Made by a program: the position numbers and the translations under genes
Notes under the pieces: generated by a model
The model's input: only the letters and a program-made list of their open reading frames with translations
Database searches by the model: none
Told to the model about the DNA's origin: nothing
Shown here: one piece after another, positions 9,010 to 18,700 of the stretch
Layout of the letters: each line of letters starts with the position of its first letter
Numbering within the stretch: position 1 is the stretch's first letter
Assembly (NCBI GenBank): GCA_046484865.1
Contig: JAWOID010000119.1
Coordinates: 1-34,139, forward strand
From: Candidatus Krumholzibacteriia bacterium
Lineage (GTDB): Bacteria > Krumholzibacteriota > Krumholzibacteriia > LZORAL124-64-63
DNA length: 34,139 bases
Reading direction: 5' to 3'

Positions 9010-10968
9010 GTGCGCCATTCTGACATATCTCACAGCCTCCCTGACAGACACCTGTCAGCAGGGCTGGCGCGATGGCTGGCGCGGTGGACGGCGCCGTGGC
9101 TGGCGCGATGGCCGGCGCGGTGGCTGGCTCGGTGGCTGGCTCGGTGGCTGGCGCCGTGGCTGGCGCGGTGGCCGGTCCCGCGTGGGGTCCTCGGCCTCGG
9201 CGGACTCCTGCTTCCCCTGCTGCTGGCCTCGTGGATGCCGGCAGCGCCGGCCGCCGCCGCGGGGAACCGGTCGAGCGCGCCGCCGGACTCGAGCGGGCCG
9301 GTCGCGGAGCCCCGGGTCGTGGACCCGGCGACCGTGGCGATCGACAGCACGCTGATCGTCGGCCGCATCGACGTGGTCACCGTCGACATCTTCGAACCCG
9401 AGGAACTGCGACGTCGGCCCGGGCCGGTGCGCCTGGTCCAGAGCGTGATGAACAGCCTGCACGTCTCCACCCGCGAGCAGGTCATCCGGCGTGAGTTGCT
9501 CTTCGCCGAGGGGGAGCCGCTGAACCCGGTGCTCCTGGCCGAGACCGAGCGCAACCTGCGTTCGCTGGGCTACCTGCGCGACGTGTACGTCACCCCGGTC
9601 GACACCACCGGCAAGCGGGTGGCGGTGCGGGTGCAGGCGCAGGAGACCTGGACGCTCCAGACCTCGTTCTCCTTCTCGGTGGCGTCGGAAGACTCGCGCT
9701 GGAACCTGTCGGCGGCCGAGAGCAATTTCCTGGGCCGCGGTCTCACCTTCGGGTTCGGAGTGGGGGCCGACGAGGACAGCGAGTACCACACCGTGCTGCT
9801 GCGCCAGCGGCGACTGCTCGGCAGTCGCTGGCACGTCGAGATGTTCCTGACCGACCGGAACGACGGGTACGCCCGCCGCCTGCAAGTAGCCTATCCGTTC
9901 TACGATCAGGAGCAGACGTGGGGTGTGGAGCTGGTGGCGGAGCAGGACCAGCAGGACCTGCGCTACTATCTCAGTCACGCCGGACCGGCGGGGGATGATC
10001 CGGGGGAGGCGCAGAGCCTCTATGCCCGGCTTCCCCACAACATCGATACGATCGAGGCCAGGTTCCTGCACCGGCTCGGCGGGCGCGGGGGGGCGCGGGT
10101 CTGGCGCGCGGGCCTGGGGTTGATGCTGTGGGATCTCGCCGTGGATGTGTCGGCCCCGGCGTACGAGCTGTCGGACGATCGCCTGGCGGACCTCGGCTAC
10201 CTGGGACGCACCGGCACCCCGCTGGATCGCGAGGACGGCCTGACGGTCTACCCGCATCTGGTGCTGCAGACGGAGTCGCGACGCTGGACCGAGGTCCGCT
10301 ATCTGAAGAAGTTCGGAGTCGTGGAGGACATCCGCCTCGGGACGGCCATGCAACTCTGGTTCGGACCGACGGGCCGGGCAGTCGGTTCCACCTCCGGCGC
10401 CGGCGAACGCTGGCGGCTGGGCATGGAGCTGGCCGATCACCGGCGGGTCGGCCGCAGTATCTTCATGGCCGCTCTGGACGCCGAAGCGAGCTTCGGCGAT
10501 GCTGCGGACCGGACCTGGCGCGCCGACGGCCTGGCCGGCTGGTTCGGCCAGGCCGGCGACGAGAACCGGCCGTGGCTGACCCACGCCATCGTCGAGGTCG
10601 CGCGAGGCGAGGATCTGCTGGGCAGCGAAGTGTTCCAGCTCGGCTTGCGGCGCGGCCTGCGGACCCTGAGCTTCGACGGCCAGGCGGGCGATCGCCTGTA
10701 CCGCTGGAACCTGGAGCAGGGGAAGGTGCTGCCGGTCGACCTCTTCGGCTTCTACACCGTGGGCCTGGCGGCATTCTACTCCGGCGGCGTGGCCTGGTTC
10801 GAAGGCGAGGCGCGCGGCCTCGACGACGCACGCCACGAGATCGGGGCGGGCCTGCGGCTGGGATCGCGGCGTTCGTCCGGCACCGGCCGCACCCGCGTGG
10901 ACGTGACCTGGGCCATGGACGGCTCCGAGGGGCCCGTCTTCACCGCGGTGACCCAGGGCTTCTTCTGA
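9010..10968 (+). CDS. Omp85-superfamily POTRA plus beta-barrel outer membrane protein; start uncertain and probably downstream of 9010
   Basis: TREQVIRRELLFAEGEP...AETERNLRSLGYL (POTRA), ESNFLGRG, YPFY, GLRRGLRT, EIGAGLRLG, C-terminal GFF. Hydrophobic signal segment at about 9185-9260. Confidence 0.82.
   Translation: MRHSDISHSLPDRHLSAGLARWLARWTAPWLARWPARWLARWLARWLAPWLARWPVPRGVLGLGGLLLPLLLASWMPAAPAAAAGNRSSAPPDSSGPVAEPRVVDPATVAIDSTLIVGRIDVVTVDIFEPEELRRRPGPVRLVQSVMNSLHVSTREQVIRRELLFAEGEPLNPVLLAETERNLRSLGYLRDVYVTPVDTTGKRVAVRVQAQETWTLQTSFSFSVASEDSRWNLSAAESNFLGRGLTFGFGVGADEDSEYHTVLLRQRRLLGSRWHVEMFLTDRNDGYARRLQVAYPFYDQEQTWGVELVAEQDQQDLRYYLSHAGPAGDDPGEAQSLYARLPHNIDTIEARFLHRLGGRGGARVWRAGLGLMLWDLAVDVSAPAYELSDDRLADLGYLGRTGTPLDREDGLTVYPHLVLQTESRRWTEVRYLKKFGVVEDIRLGTAMQLWFGPTGRAVGSTSGAGERWRLGMELADHRRVGRSIFMAALDAEASFGDAADRTWRADGLAGWFGQAGDENRPWLTHAIVEVARGEDLLGSEVFQLGLRRGLRTLSFDGQAGDRLYRWNLEQGKVLPVDLFGFYTVGLAAFYSGGVAWFEGEARGLDDARHEIGAGLRLGSRRSSGTGRTRVDVTWAMDGSEGPVFTAVTQGFF
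9062..9175. repeat. 12-bp tandem repeat, about 9.5 copies (WLAR-type if translated)
   Basis: Units ggctggcgcgat / ggctggcgcggt / ggacggcgccgt / ggctggctcggt and variants. Confidence 0.92.
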
Positions 10969-10987
10969 GCCGCGCACGGAGGCTTCC

Positions 10988-12499
10988 TTGCGGACCAGCC
11001 AGGTAGTGGCCAAGAACACGCTGCTGCTGAGCGCCGGGCTCTTCTCGGGCCGCATCCTCGCGCTCTTCGTCACCCGCAAGATGACGCCGATCCTCGGTCC
11101 CACCGGCATGGGCATCTGGGGACTGGCCACCGACCTCTCGGCCATCCTTCTCGTGGTCGCCAACTTCGGCCTGAACACGCTGATCACCCGCGAGGTGACG
11201 CGCGCGCGCGGCATGACCGGAGCCATCCTCTGGGCGGCGCTGCGCCTGCGCCTGCTGATCGGGCTGGCGTGCTTCCTGGTCCTGCTGCTCTACCTCGATC
11301 TCTCCGACTACGACGGGCTCACCCGCGCAGCGGTGCTCATCACCGGGCTGGGCATCTTCATCGAGGCCAGCGCCATGGCCTGCGACGCGGTGTTGCAGGC
11401 TCACGAACGGGTGGAGTACCAGGCCGCCGGACAGATGCTGTCGGCGGTCGTCTACTTCGGGCTGGCCTGGTGGTGGCTGGAAGCCGGGCACGGCGTCATG
11501 GGCGTGGTCTGGGCCAATCTCATCAGCCGGGTGGTGCGGCTGGCGATCATGGCGCCGCTCATGTTCTGGAAGACCGGTCCCTGGCGCTGGCGCGACCCGG
11601 GAGCGGTCACCCAGCCCTCGGTGCTGTGGCTGATGCGGCTCGGCCTGCCGCTGTTCTTCGCCACCACCTTCGGGATCGTCTCCTACAAGCTCGACACCGT
11701 CATGCTCAGCAACATGAAGGGCGCCGCGGTGACGGGAGTGTACGTGCTCGGCCACCGGGCGCTGGACTACCTGCTCTACGTGCCGGGCATCTTCGCCACC
11801 GCGGTCTTTCCCGCCCTGGCGCGATATGCCGCCGCCGGCGGCGGCGACGCCACCCGGCTGGGCGAGCGCTCCCTGCGCCTGGTGCTCGGCTTCTCGCTGC
11901 CGCTGACCCTGCTGGTGGCCGCCACGGCACCGGCGATCATCGGCTGGTTCGATCCGAGCCCCCGCTTCGCCGACGCCGTGCCGATCCTGCGCATCGTCGT
12001 CTGGGGGATGGCGTTCCAGTCGGCCAATCTGATCCTCAACCGCCTGCTGATGATCGCCGAGCGCGAGCGGACCTTCATCGCCATCGGCCTGACGGCGCTG
12101 ATCGTGAACGTCTCGCTCAACAGCGTGCTCATCCCGCGCTTCAGCTACTTCGGAGCCAGCGTGGCGACGATCTGCAGCCTGGCCGCGAGCACGGTGCTGC
12201 ACCTGTACTTCGTCTGGCCCACCGCCTACCGCCCGCGGGTCGGCCGGACCATCGTGCGGCCGGTCGTCGGGCTGGCCGTCACCTGGGCGGCGGCCTATGT
12301 GCTGGAGCGACTCTTCCTGCCCGGTCTGGCCACCCCCTGGGTGCTGCCCCTGAACGCCGGTTGGGGTGGTTTTCTGGCGGCGGCCGTGGGATCATCGATC
12401 CTGTACGCAGCGAGCTTGCTCGGACTGGGCGTGGTGACACGGGCCGACCTGCGGGTGCTACGGGATGCGCTGCGGTCCTCGCCGCACCCGGGTCCTTGA
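10988..12499 (+). CDS. Wzx-like oligosaccharide flippase (MOP superfamily)
   Basis: VAKNTLLL, LGPTGMGIWG, NFGLNTLITRE, KLDTVML...VTGVY, AVFPALARY, NSVLIPRFSYFGASVAT; about 14 hydrophobic segments; TTG start with GGAGG RBS. Confidence 0.9.
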   Translation: MRTSQVVAKNTLLLSAGLFSGRILALFVTRKMTPILGPTGMGIWGLATDLSAILLVVANFGLNTLITREVTRARGMTGAILWAALRLRLLIGLACFLVLLLYLDLSDYDGLTRAAVLITGLGIFIEASAMACDAVLQAHERVEYQAAGQMLSAVVYFGLAWWWLEAGHGVMGVVWANLISRVVRLAIMAPLMFWKTGPWRWRDPGAVTQPSVLWLMRLGLPLFFATTFGIVSYKLDTVMLSNMKGAAVTGVYVLGHRALDYLLYVPGIFATAVFPALARYAAAGGGDATRLGERSLRLVLGFSLPLTLLVAATAPAIIGWFDPSPRFADAVPILRIVVWGMAFQSANLILNRLLMIAERERTFIAIGLTALIVNVSLNSVLIPRFSYFGASVATICSLAASTVLHLYFVWPTAYRPRVGRTIVRPVVGLAVTWAAAYVLERLFLPGLATPWVLPLNAGWGGFLAAAVGSSILYAASLLGLGVVTRADLRVLRDALRSSPHPGP

Positions 12500-12583
12500 T
12501 CGGAACACGCGAACGGTTAAAATTGTATCAATCAGCGAACCCCCCACGCTGTGGCCGGCCGGCGGGCCGGCAGGAGACGAGCC

Positions 12584-13240
12584 GTGACCCAGGAAAGCAT
12601 CCAGGCGCAACCGATCGTCTATCTCATCGAGGATGACGCGCTGGTACGCAAGGCGCTCGCCCGGTACCTGGTGGCCGAGGGACTGCGCTGCGAGGACTTC
12701 GCCACCGGCCAGGAATTCCTCGATGCCTACGAGGGGTACCGTCCCGCCTGCCTGGTGACCGACCTGCAGATGCCCGGACTCACCGGCATCGATGTCCAGC
12801 AGGCGCTCGGCGAGCGCGGCTGGCGGCTGCCCGTGATCTTCATCACCGGCTACGGCGACGTACCCAGGGCCGTGACCGCCATGAAGGGCGGCGCCGTCGA
12901 CTTCATCGAGAAACCGTTCCAGAACGAGGTGCTCGTGGAGGCGGTCCGCCGCGCCCTGGTCACCGAGGAGGAACTGCTCGGCCGCGAGCGCGCGGCGCTG
13001 GCCGCCGCCGGACGGCTGCAAGGCCTCACCCCGCGCGAGCGTCAGGTGCTCAACATGGTGGTGGAGGGGAAGGCCAACAAGGTGATCGCCTCCGAGCTGG
13101 AACTGAGCATCAAGACGGTGGAGTTCCATCGCGCCCATGTCATGCAGAAGATGGGCGTGGAATCGGTGGCCGAACTGGTGCAGCAGGTGGTGGCGGCCCG
13201 CGACGCCGGTCTCGACCCGGCCCCCGAGGGCGAGGCCTGA
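12584..13240 (+). CDS. FixJ/TtrR-like response regulator (receiver plus LuxR HTH)
   Basis: VYLIEDD, LVTDLQMPG, FITGYGD, AVDFIEKP, LTPRERQV...NKVIA...TVEFHRAHVMQK; GTG 12584 after AGGAGA. Confidence 0.93.
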   Translation: MTQESIQAQPIVYLIEDDALVRKALARYLVAEGLRCEDFATGQEFLDAYEGYRPACLVTDLQMPGLTGIDVQQALGERGWRLPVIFITGYGDVPRAVTAMKGGAVDFIEKPFQNEVLVEAVRRALVTEEELLGRERAALAAAGRLQGLTPRERQVLNMVVEGKANKVIASELELSIKTVEFHRAHVMQKMGVESVAELVQQVVAARDAGLDPAPEGEA

Positions 13241-13495
13241 TCCGGCCCGTTCGCCCCACGCCGTCCTGACCGTGCAACGGGTGGCGTCCGTGCGAGACCC
13301 GCACGTTCACCCCACGACCACGCCTTCCTGCCCGCGCGACGGGCCGCGCGACGGGTCGCGCGGTGATCGCATCCCACCCTTGTCCTGTCGATCGTGATCG
13401 GTTAAACCTCGTGCCCAGGTTCGCTCGCCCGTGGGGTCGGCTGCCGCCCCCCGCAGGCGCTCCCTGCCCGCGCGACACGAGGACGGCAATCACGC

Positions 13496-15163
13496 ATGGA
13501 CGCCATCAGCAACTTCGCGAGCCGGCTCTCGGGTCTGGTCTGGGGCTGGCCCGACGTCTTTCCGCTCATGGTGATCGCCCTGCTGGCCACCGGCATCTAC
13601 ACGACGGTGCAGCTGCGCTTCATCCAGGTGCGCAAGCTGAAGCACGCCTGGGACGTGGTGCGCGGGCACTACGACGATCCCCACGACAAGGGCGACATCA
13701 CCCACTTCCAGGCCTTGACCACCGCGCTCTCCGCCACCGTCGGCATCGGCAACATCGCCGGCGTGGCCACGGCCATGCACTACGGCGGACCGGGCGCTCT
13801 GTTCTGGATGTGGGTGACCGCCATGCTGGGCATGGCGCTGAAGTACGCCGAGTGCACCCTGGCCCAGCGCTACCGGGTGATCCTGCCCGACGGCACGGCC
13901 TCGGGCGGTCCCATGTACTCCATCGAGCGAGGCCTCGGCGCCGCCTGGAAGCCGCTGGCGGTCGTGTTCGCCGCCTGCGCCGTCGTGTCGAGCTTCGGCT
14001 CCGGCAACTCCATCCAGGCGTTCACGGTGGCCGACCAGATCCGCGCCGACCTGGGCGTGCCCACCTGGATCACCGGCGCGATCTCGGCGTCCCTGGTGGC
14101 GGCGGTGATCCTCGGCGGCATCCGGCGCATCGGCGCGGTGACCAGCCGGCTGGTGCCCTACATGGCCGCCATCTACGTGACCGGCGGCCTGCTCGTGCTG
14201 CTGATGAACATCACCGACATCCCGCGGCTGCTGTGGCTGATCGTCTCGTCGGCGTTCCAGCCGGCCGCCCAGATCAGCGGCTTCGCGGGCGGCACCTTCA
14301 TCTTCATGCTCACCTGGGGCGTGAAGCGCGGCCTCTTCTCCAACGAGGCCGGCCAGGGCTCCGCGCCCATCGCCCACGCCGCCGCCCGCACGGACGAGCC
14401 GGTGCGCGAGGGGGCGGTGGCGCTCATGGAGCCCCTCATCGACACCCTGATCATCTGCACCATCACGGGTTTGGTGATCCTCAGCGCGGGCGTCTGGAGC
14501 GAGAAGCGGCAGGAGGTGGTCCCGGTCAACCCGCAGTCGGCCATCATGGTCGTGCAGGAAACCACCCGGATCCAGGCCAACGGCCGCGTGCTCACCAGGG
14601 ACCGCTTCACCGGCACGGTGCCGGTGGTGGACGGGCGACCGCAGAACGTGGGGTTCGTACGCAACCACTCGCTGGTGGACGAGCCGCGCATCCTGATGGA
14701 CGGGCGCCCCTACGAGGGCCGACTGATGGTGGTCGGCGGGATGGTGGACTTCGCCGCCAACCCGTCGCTCTCGCTGTCGGGGCTCATGCTGCAGAACGGA
14801 TCGCCCCTGACGGCCTGGGCATTCCAGCGGGGCCTGGAGCCGCTGGTGGGCCGGTGGGGCTTCCTCATCGTCACCGTGGGCGTGGTCCTCTTCGGCATCT
14901 CGACCGCCATCAGCTGGAGCTACTACGGCGACCGGGCGGTGGTTTACCTCTTCGGACCACGGTGGGTCACGACGTACAAGATCGTGTTCTGCATCATGAA
15001 CTTCCTGGGGGCGATCTTCTCGCTGGAGGTGGTCTGGAACCTCGGCGACAGCGCCCTGGGGCTGATGGCGCTGCCGAACCTGCTCGGCCTGCTGCTGCTG
15101 TCGCGCCAGACGCGCCGGATGACCGACGATTACTTCTCGCGGCCGCAAGTCTACGACCGCTGA
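13496..15163 (+). CDS. Alanine/glycine:cation symporter (AgcS family)
   Basis: FQAL...TVGIGNIAGVA...GGPGALFWMW, GGPMY, GVKRGLFSNEAGQGSAP, IDTLIICTITG, SWSYYG, GLMALPNL. Confidence 0.95.
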   Translation: MDAISNFASRLSGLVWGWPDVFPLMVIALLATGIYTTVQLRFIQVRKLKHAWDVVRGHYDDPHDKGDITHFQALTTALSATVGIGNIAGVATAMHYGGPGALFWMWVTAMLGMALKYAECTLAQRYRVILPDGTASGGPMYSIERGLGAAWKPLAVVFAACAVVSSFGSGNSIQAFTVADQIRADLGVPTWITGAISASLVAAVILGGIRRIGAVTSRLVPYMAAIYVTGGLLVLLMNITDIPRLLWLIVSSAFQPAAQISGFAGGTFIFMLTWGVKRGLFSNEAGQGSAPIAHAAARTDEPVREGAVALMEPLIDTLIICTITGLVILSAGVWSEKRQEVVPVNPQSAIMVVQETTRIQANGRVLTRDRFTGTVPVVDGRPQNVGFVRNHSLVDEPRILMDGRPYEGRLMVVGGMVDFAANPSLSLSGLMLQNGSPLTAWAFQRGLEPLVGRWGFLIVTVGVVLFGISTAISWSYYGDRAVVYLFGPRWVTTYKIVFCIMNFLGAIFSLEVVWNLGDSALGLMALPNLLGLLLLSRQTRRMTDDYFSRPQVYDR

Positions 15164-15181
15164 GGCGGTGGCGGAAAGCCA

Positions 15182-15206
15182 GGAGGGAGCCCCGGGCGCT
15201 CCCTCC
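15182..15206. terminator. Hairpin between convergent genes, possible terminator
   Basis: ggagggagc-cccgggc-gctccctcc, 9-bp stem; no U-tract. Confidence 0.45.
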
Positions 15207-15259
15207 ATCATGGATATCGATGCCGCCGCGGCGGGGGCGAGTCCGCTAGCCGGAAGTCG

Positions 15260-15613
15260 CTAGCCGCAGGAGGAGCAGCCGTCGCTGCTCTCGCCGCAGC
15301 CGCCACCGGCCTGCGAGTTCAGTCGCAGCAGGTACCCCTTCTGGTAGGCCTCGTCCACGTAATCGACGGTCACCCCGCCGGACTGCTCGAGAATGGCCAC
15401 GATCTGCGGGTCCAGCACGAACCGGTACGTCCCGCGATCGACCACACGATCCTGCTCGCTCGGCTCATCCAGAGCCATGCCGATGCTCGGACCGCCTCAG
15501 CCGAATCCGGCCAGGTAAAGGCGCACGCCCTTGCCCTGGTGCTCCGAGAAGTCGAACGCGCCCAGGGCGCCGTCGGCGCTGGGGCTCACGGTCACTAGCT
15601 GCGTTTCGGTCAC
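15260..15613 (-). CDS. HesB/IscA-like selenoprotein (117 aa, Sec at codon 39)
   Basis: GTG 15613 after AAGGAGGAG gives MTETQLVTVSPSA...KGVRLYLAGFG-TGA(15499-15497)-GGPSIGMALDEP..., in frame with the 15260..15478 ORF and ending CGESSDGCSSCG. Confidence 0.88.
15462..15476 (-). promoter_or_regulatory. Putative bacterial SECIS apical stem-loop
   Basis: GGCUC-UGGAU-GAGCC beginning 21 nt 3' of the UGA, with G in the loop. Confidence 0.6.
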
Positions 15614-15735
15614 GTCTCTCCTCCTTCGTCCGTCCGTTCGCCCCCGTTGCGGCGGGAATCGGCCGGCTCGATCGCTGCGTTCCCCATCTCACCAAAATCG
15701 CTCCTCGATGGCGAGACGCAACTGTTACATTTCCT

Positions 15736-18700
15736 TCAAAGCATAACTCCGCGCCCGGTTCCGGTCGGCCGGGGATGATCCCGACCTTCGGCTGGGGCAC
15801 CGCCCTGGGTCGTCGTCGGGTGCGCGTACGACAGATCCTCCAGTTCTTCCGCCTCGTCGGCCGCCACCTGGTCGACCGTCCTGAAGCCCAGCCAGCGCTT
15901 CAGGTCGGCGAGTCCGGCGTACAGCACCGGCACGAGCATCAGCGTGATCAGGGTGGCGAACACCACGCCGAAGCCCAGGCTGATGGCCATGGGAATGAGG
16001 AAACGCGCTTGAAGGCTCGTCTCGAGCAGCAGCGGTGTCAGCCCGGCGAAGGTGGTGACCGAGGTGAGCATGATCGGCCGGAAGCGGCGCGTACCCGCCT
16101 GCAGGATGGCCTGGCGCTGATCCATCCCCTCCCGCCGCGCACGGTTGATGAAGTCGATCATGATCAGCGAGTCGTTCACGACCACGCCCGTCAGCGCCAC
16201 CACGCCGAACATGCTGAGCAGGGTCAGGTCCCAGCGCATGATGAGGTGGCCGAGTACCGCTCCCATGAACCCGAACGGGATGGCCGACATCACGATCAGC
16301 GGCTGAGCGTAGCTGCGGAAGAGAACCGCCAGCAGGACGTAGATCATCATGACCGCGAGCAGGGCCCCGCGTCCGAGACTCGCCATCGATTCGGCGCGAT
16401 CCTGTTCCTCGCCCTCGAAGCCGTAGCGCAGGCCGGGGTAGTCGGCGGCCAGACGCGGCAGGACGGCGGCCTGGAGATCGGCCACCACCTCGCCGGCGTT
16501 GGTCACCGCCTGGTCCACGTCGCCGCTCACGTTCACCACGCGCTTGCGGTCGCTGCGCTCGATCGCGGCGTAGCCGCGGCCTTCGTCCACCCGGGCCACC
16601 CGGTGGAAGGGAACCTCGGCTCCCGCGGGCGTCCGCACGCGCATGTTCTCGATGTCGCCGATCGAGCGCCGCTCCTCCTCCGGATAGCGGACCATCACCT
16701 TCACCTCGTCACGCCCGCGCTGGATCCGCATGGCCTCGTCGCCGTAGAAACCGGCGCGGACCTGGCGCGCGAGGTCGGCCAGCGTGAGACCGAGCGTCCG
16801 CGCCTCGGGCTTCAGTCCGAGCTTCAGCTCCACCTTGCCCTCGCGAAAGCTGTCCTCGATGTCGGAGACGCCCGGGTACACCGCCAGCTCCTGCTTCAGG
16901 CGCTGGGCCGCCGCCACCAGGTCGTCGGTACTGGACGACGAGAGCTGCACCTGGAGGGCCTTGCCGCCGCCGAAGAGGTCGGCGGAGAAGCTCACGGCCA
17001 CCGCACCGGGAATCGGGCCGGTGAGTTCGCGCCAGCGTCGCGCCAGCGCCGAGCTGCTCATCTCGCGGTCCGCGCTCGAGACCAGCTCGGCGTTCACCTC
17101 CAGCAGGTGGGCGCCGCCGTCGCTGCCGCTGCCGCCGTGCGGGCCCATGCTCACGCGTGGCTGCGAACCGATCGTGGTGAACGTGTGCTCGAAGATGGAC
17201 GGCGCGCCCTCGGGGCTCGCGGCGCCAACTTCCTCCTTGAGCGCGGCCAGCCCCGCCTCGATCTGCTCGACCGCCCGGCGGGCGTCGTCCACGGTCGTGC
17301 CCTGGGGCAGCGTGACGGTGGCCACCAGGTTGTCCGAGTCGATGCGCGGCATGAACGTGAACCGCAGATGTCCGCCCATCACCATGCCCATGGTCACGAG
17401 GAACCCGCCCACCGCCAGCGCGAGCACCAGACCTCGATGGGTGAGGCCCCAGTCCAGGTGCTTGCGGTAGGTGCCGTTGACGAACCGCTGCAGACGCGCC
17501 TGCAGGTCGGCCTTGCCGTGGGCGTACCACCGGCCGGGACCGCCGCGCCCGGTCCGGCCCGAGGGCTCGGCACCCTGAGGGCGCACGCCCTTGATGCTGG
17601 AGAGGTGCGCGGGCAGGATCAGCAGCGACTCCACCAGCGAGAACAGCAGCACCGCGATCACCACCACCGGGATCGCGTACATGAACTTGCCCATCATCCC
17701 TTCGACGAAGGCCAGGGGGAGGAAGGCGACCACCGTGGTGAGCACCGCGAAGGTGACCGGCGCAGCCACCTCGAGCGCACCGAGGGTGGCGGCCGCCTGC
17801 CGGCGGCGCCCACGTTCGCGGTGGGCGAACACGTTCTCGCCCACGACGATCGCGTCGTCGACGACGATGCCCAGCGACACGATGAAGGCGAACATGGAGA
17901 GCATGTTCAGCGACACGCCGAACCAGGGCAGCACCATGAAGGCGCCGAGGAACGAGATGAGGATGCCCAGCGCCACCCAGAACGCGAGCCGCATCTGCAG
18001 GAAGGCGGCCAGGCAGACGAACACCAGGATCAGCCCCACCGTGCCGTTCTTGATCAGCAGGTTCATCCGGTCGCGGTAGATCTCGGACCGGTCGAACCAG
18101 GTGGTCATGGCCACGCCGGCCGGCAGCAGGTCGCGCTGCTCGGCCACGTAGTCCTTCACGGCCCCGGCCACCTCGAGCACGCCGGCCTCGCCGGTGCGGT
18201 ACACGGCGATGGTGGCGGCGGGCTTGCCGTCGAGCCGCCCGGCCGTGTCCACGTCCTCGAACTGGTCGCGGACCACGGCGATCTGGTCGAGGGTGACCTC
18301 GGTGCCGTCGGGCCGCGTGATCACCACGATCTCGCCGAACTCCTCGCCGGTGTAGCGCTGGCCCTTGGTGCGCACGAGCACCTCGCCGCCGGCGGTCTTC
18401 ACGCGGCCGCCGGGCAGGTCGAGGCTGTTGGTGCGCACGGCCTGCGTCACGTCGCCCAGGGTCAGTCCGTGGGCGCGCAGTGTCTGCTCGCTCACCTCGA
18501 TCGAGATCTCGTACGGCCGCGTGCCCACGATCTCGGCGTACGTGACGTGATCGAGGGTCACGAGGTCGTCGCGCACCTTCTCCGCCAGCTCCTTGAGCGC
18601 GCGCTCGGGGATGTCGCCCGAGAGCACCAGATCGATCACCTGCTGGCGTCGCTCCAGGAGCGTGACGATCGGTTTCTCGGTTTCGGCCGGGAAGGTGATG

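Noticed and set aside
13241..13495. Glycine riboswitch upstream of the AgcS symporter
   Set aside because: No GGAGA...CCGAAG...CTCTCAGG aptamer motifs; only a short ccgcgcgacggg repeat.
15260..15478. Stand-alone 72-aa ORF as listed in the track
   Set aside because: No RBS at its ATG, and HesB-like similarity continues upstream through the TGA to a GTG with a strong RBS.
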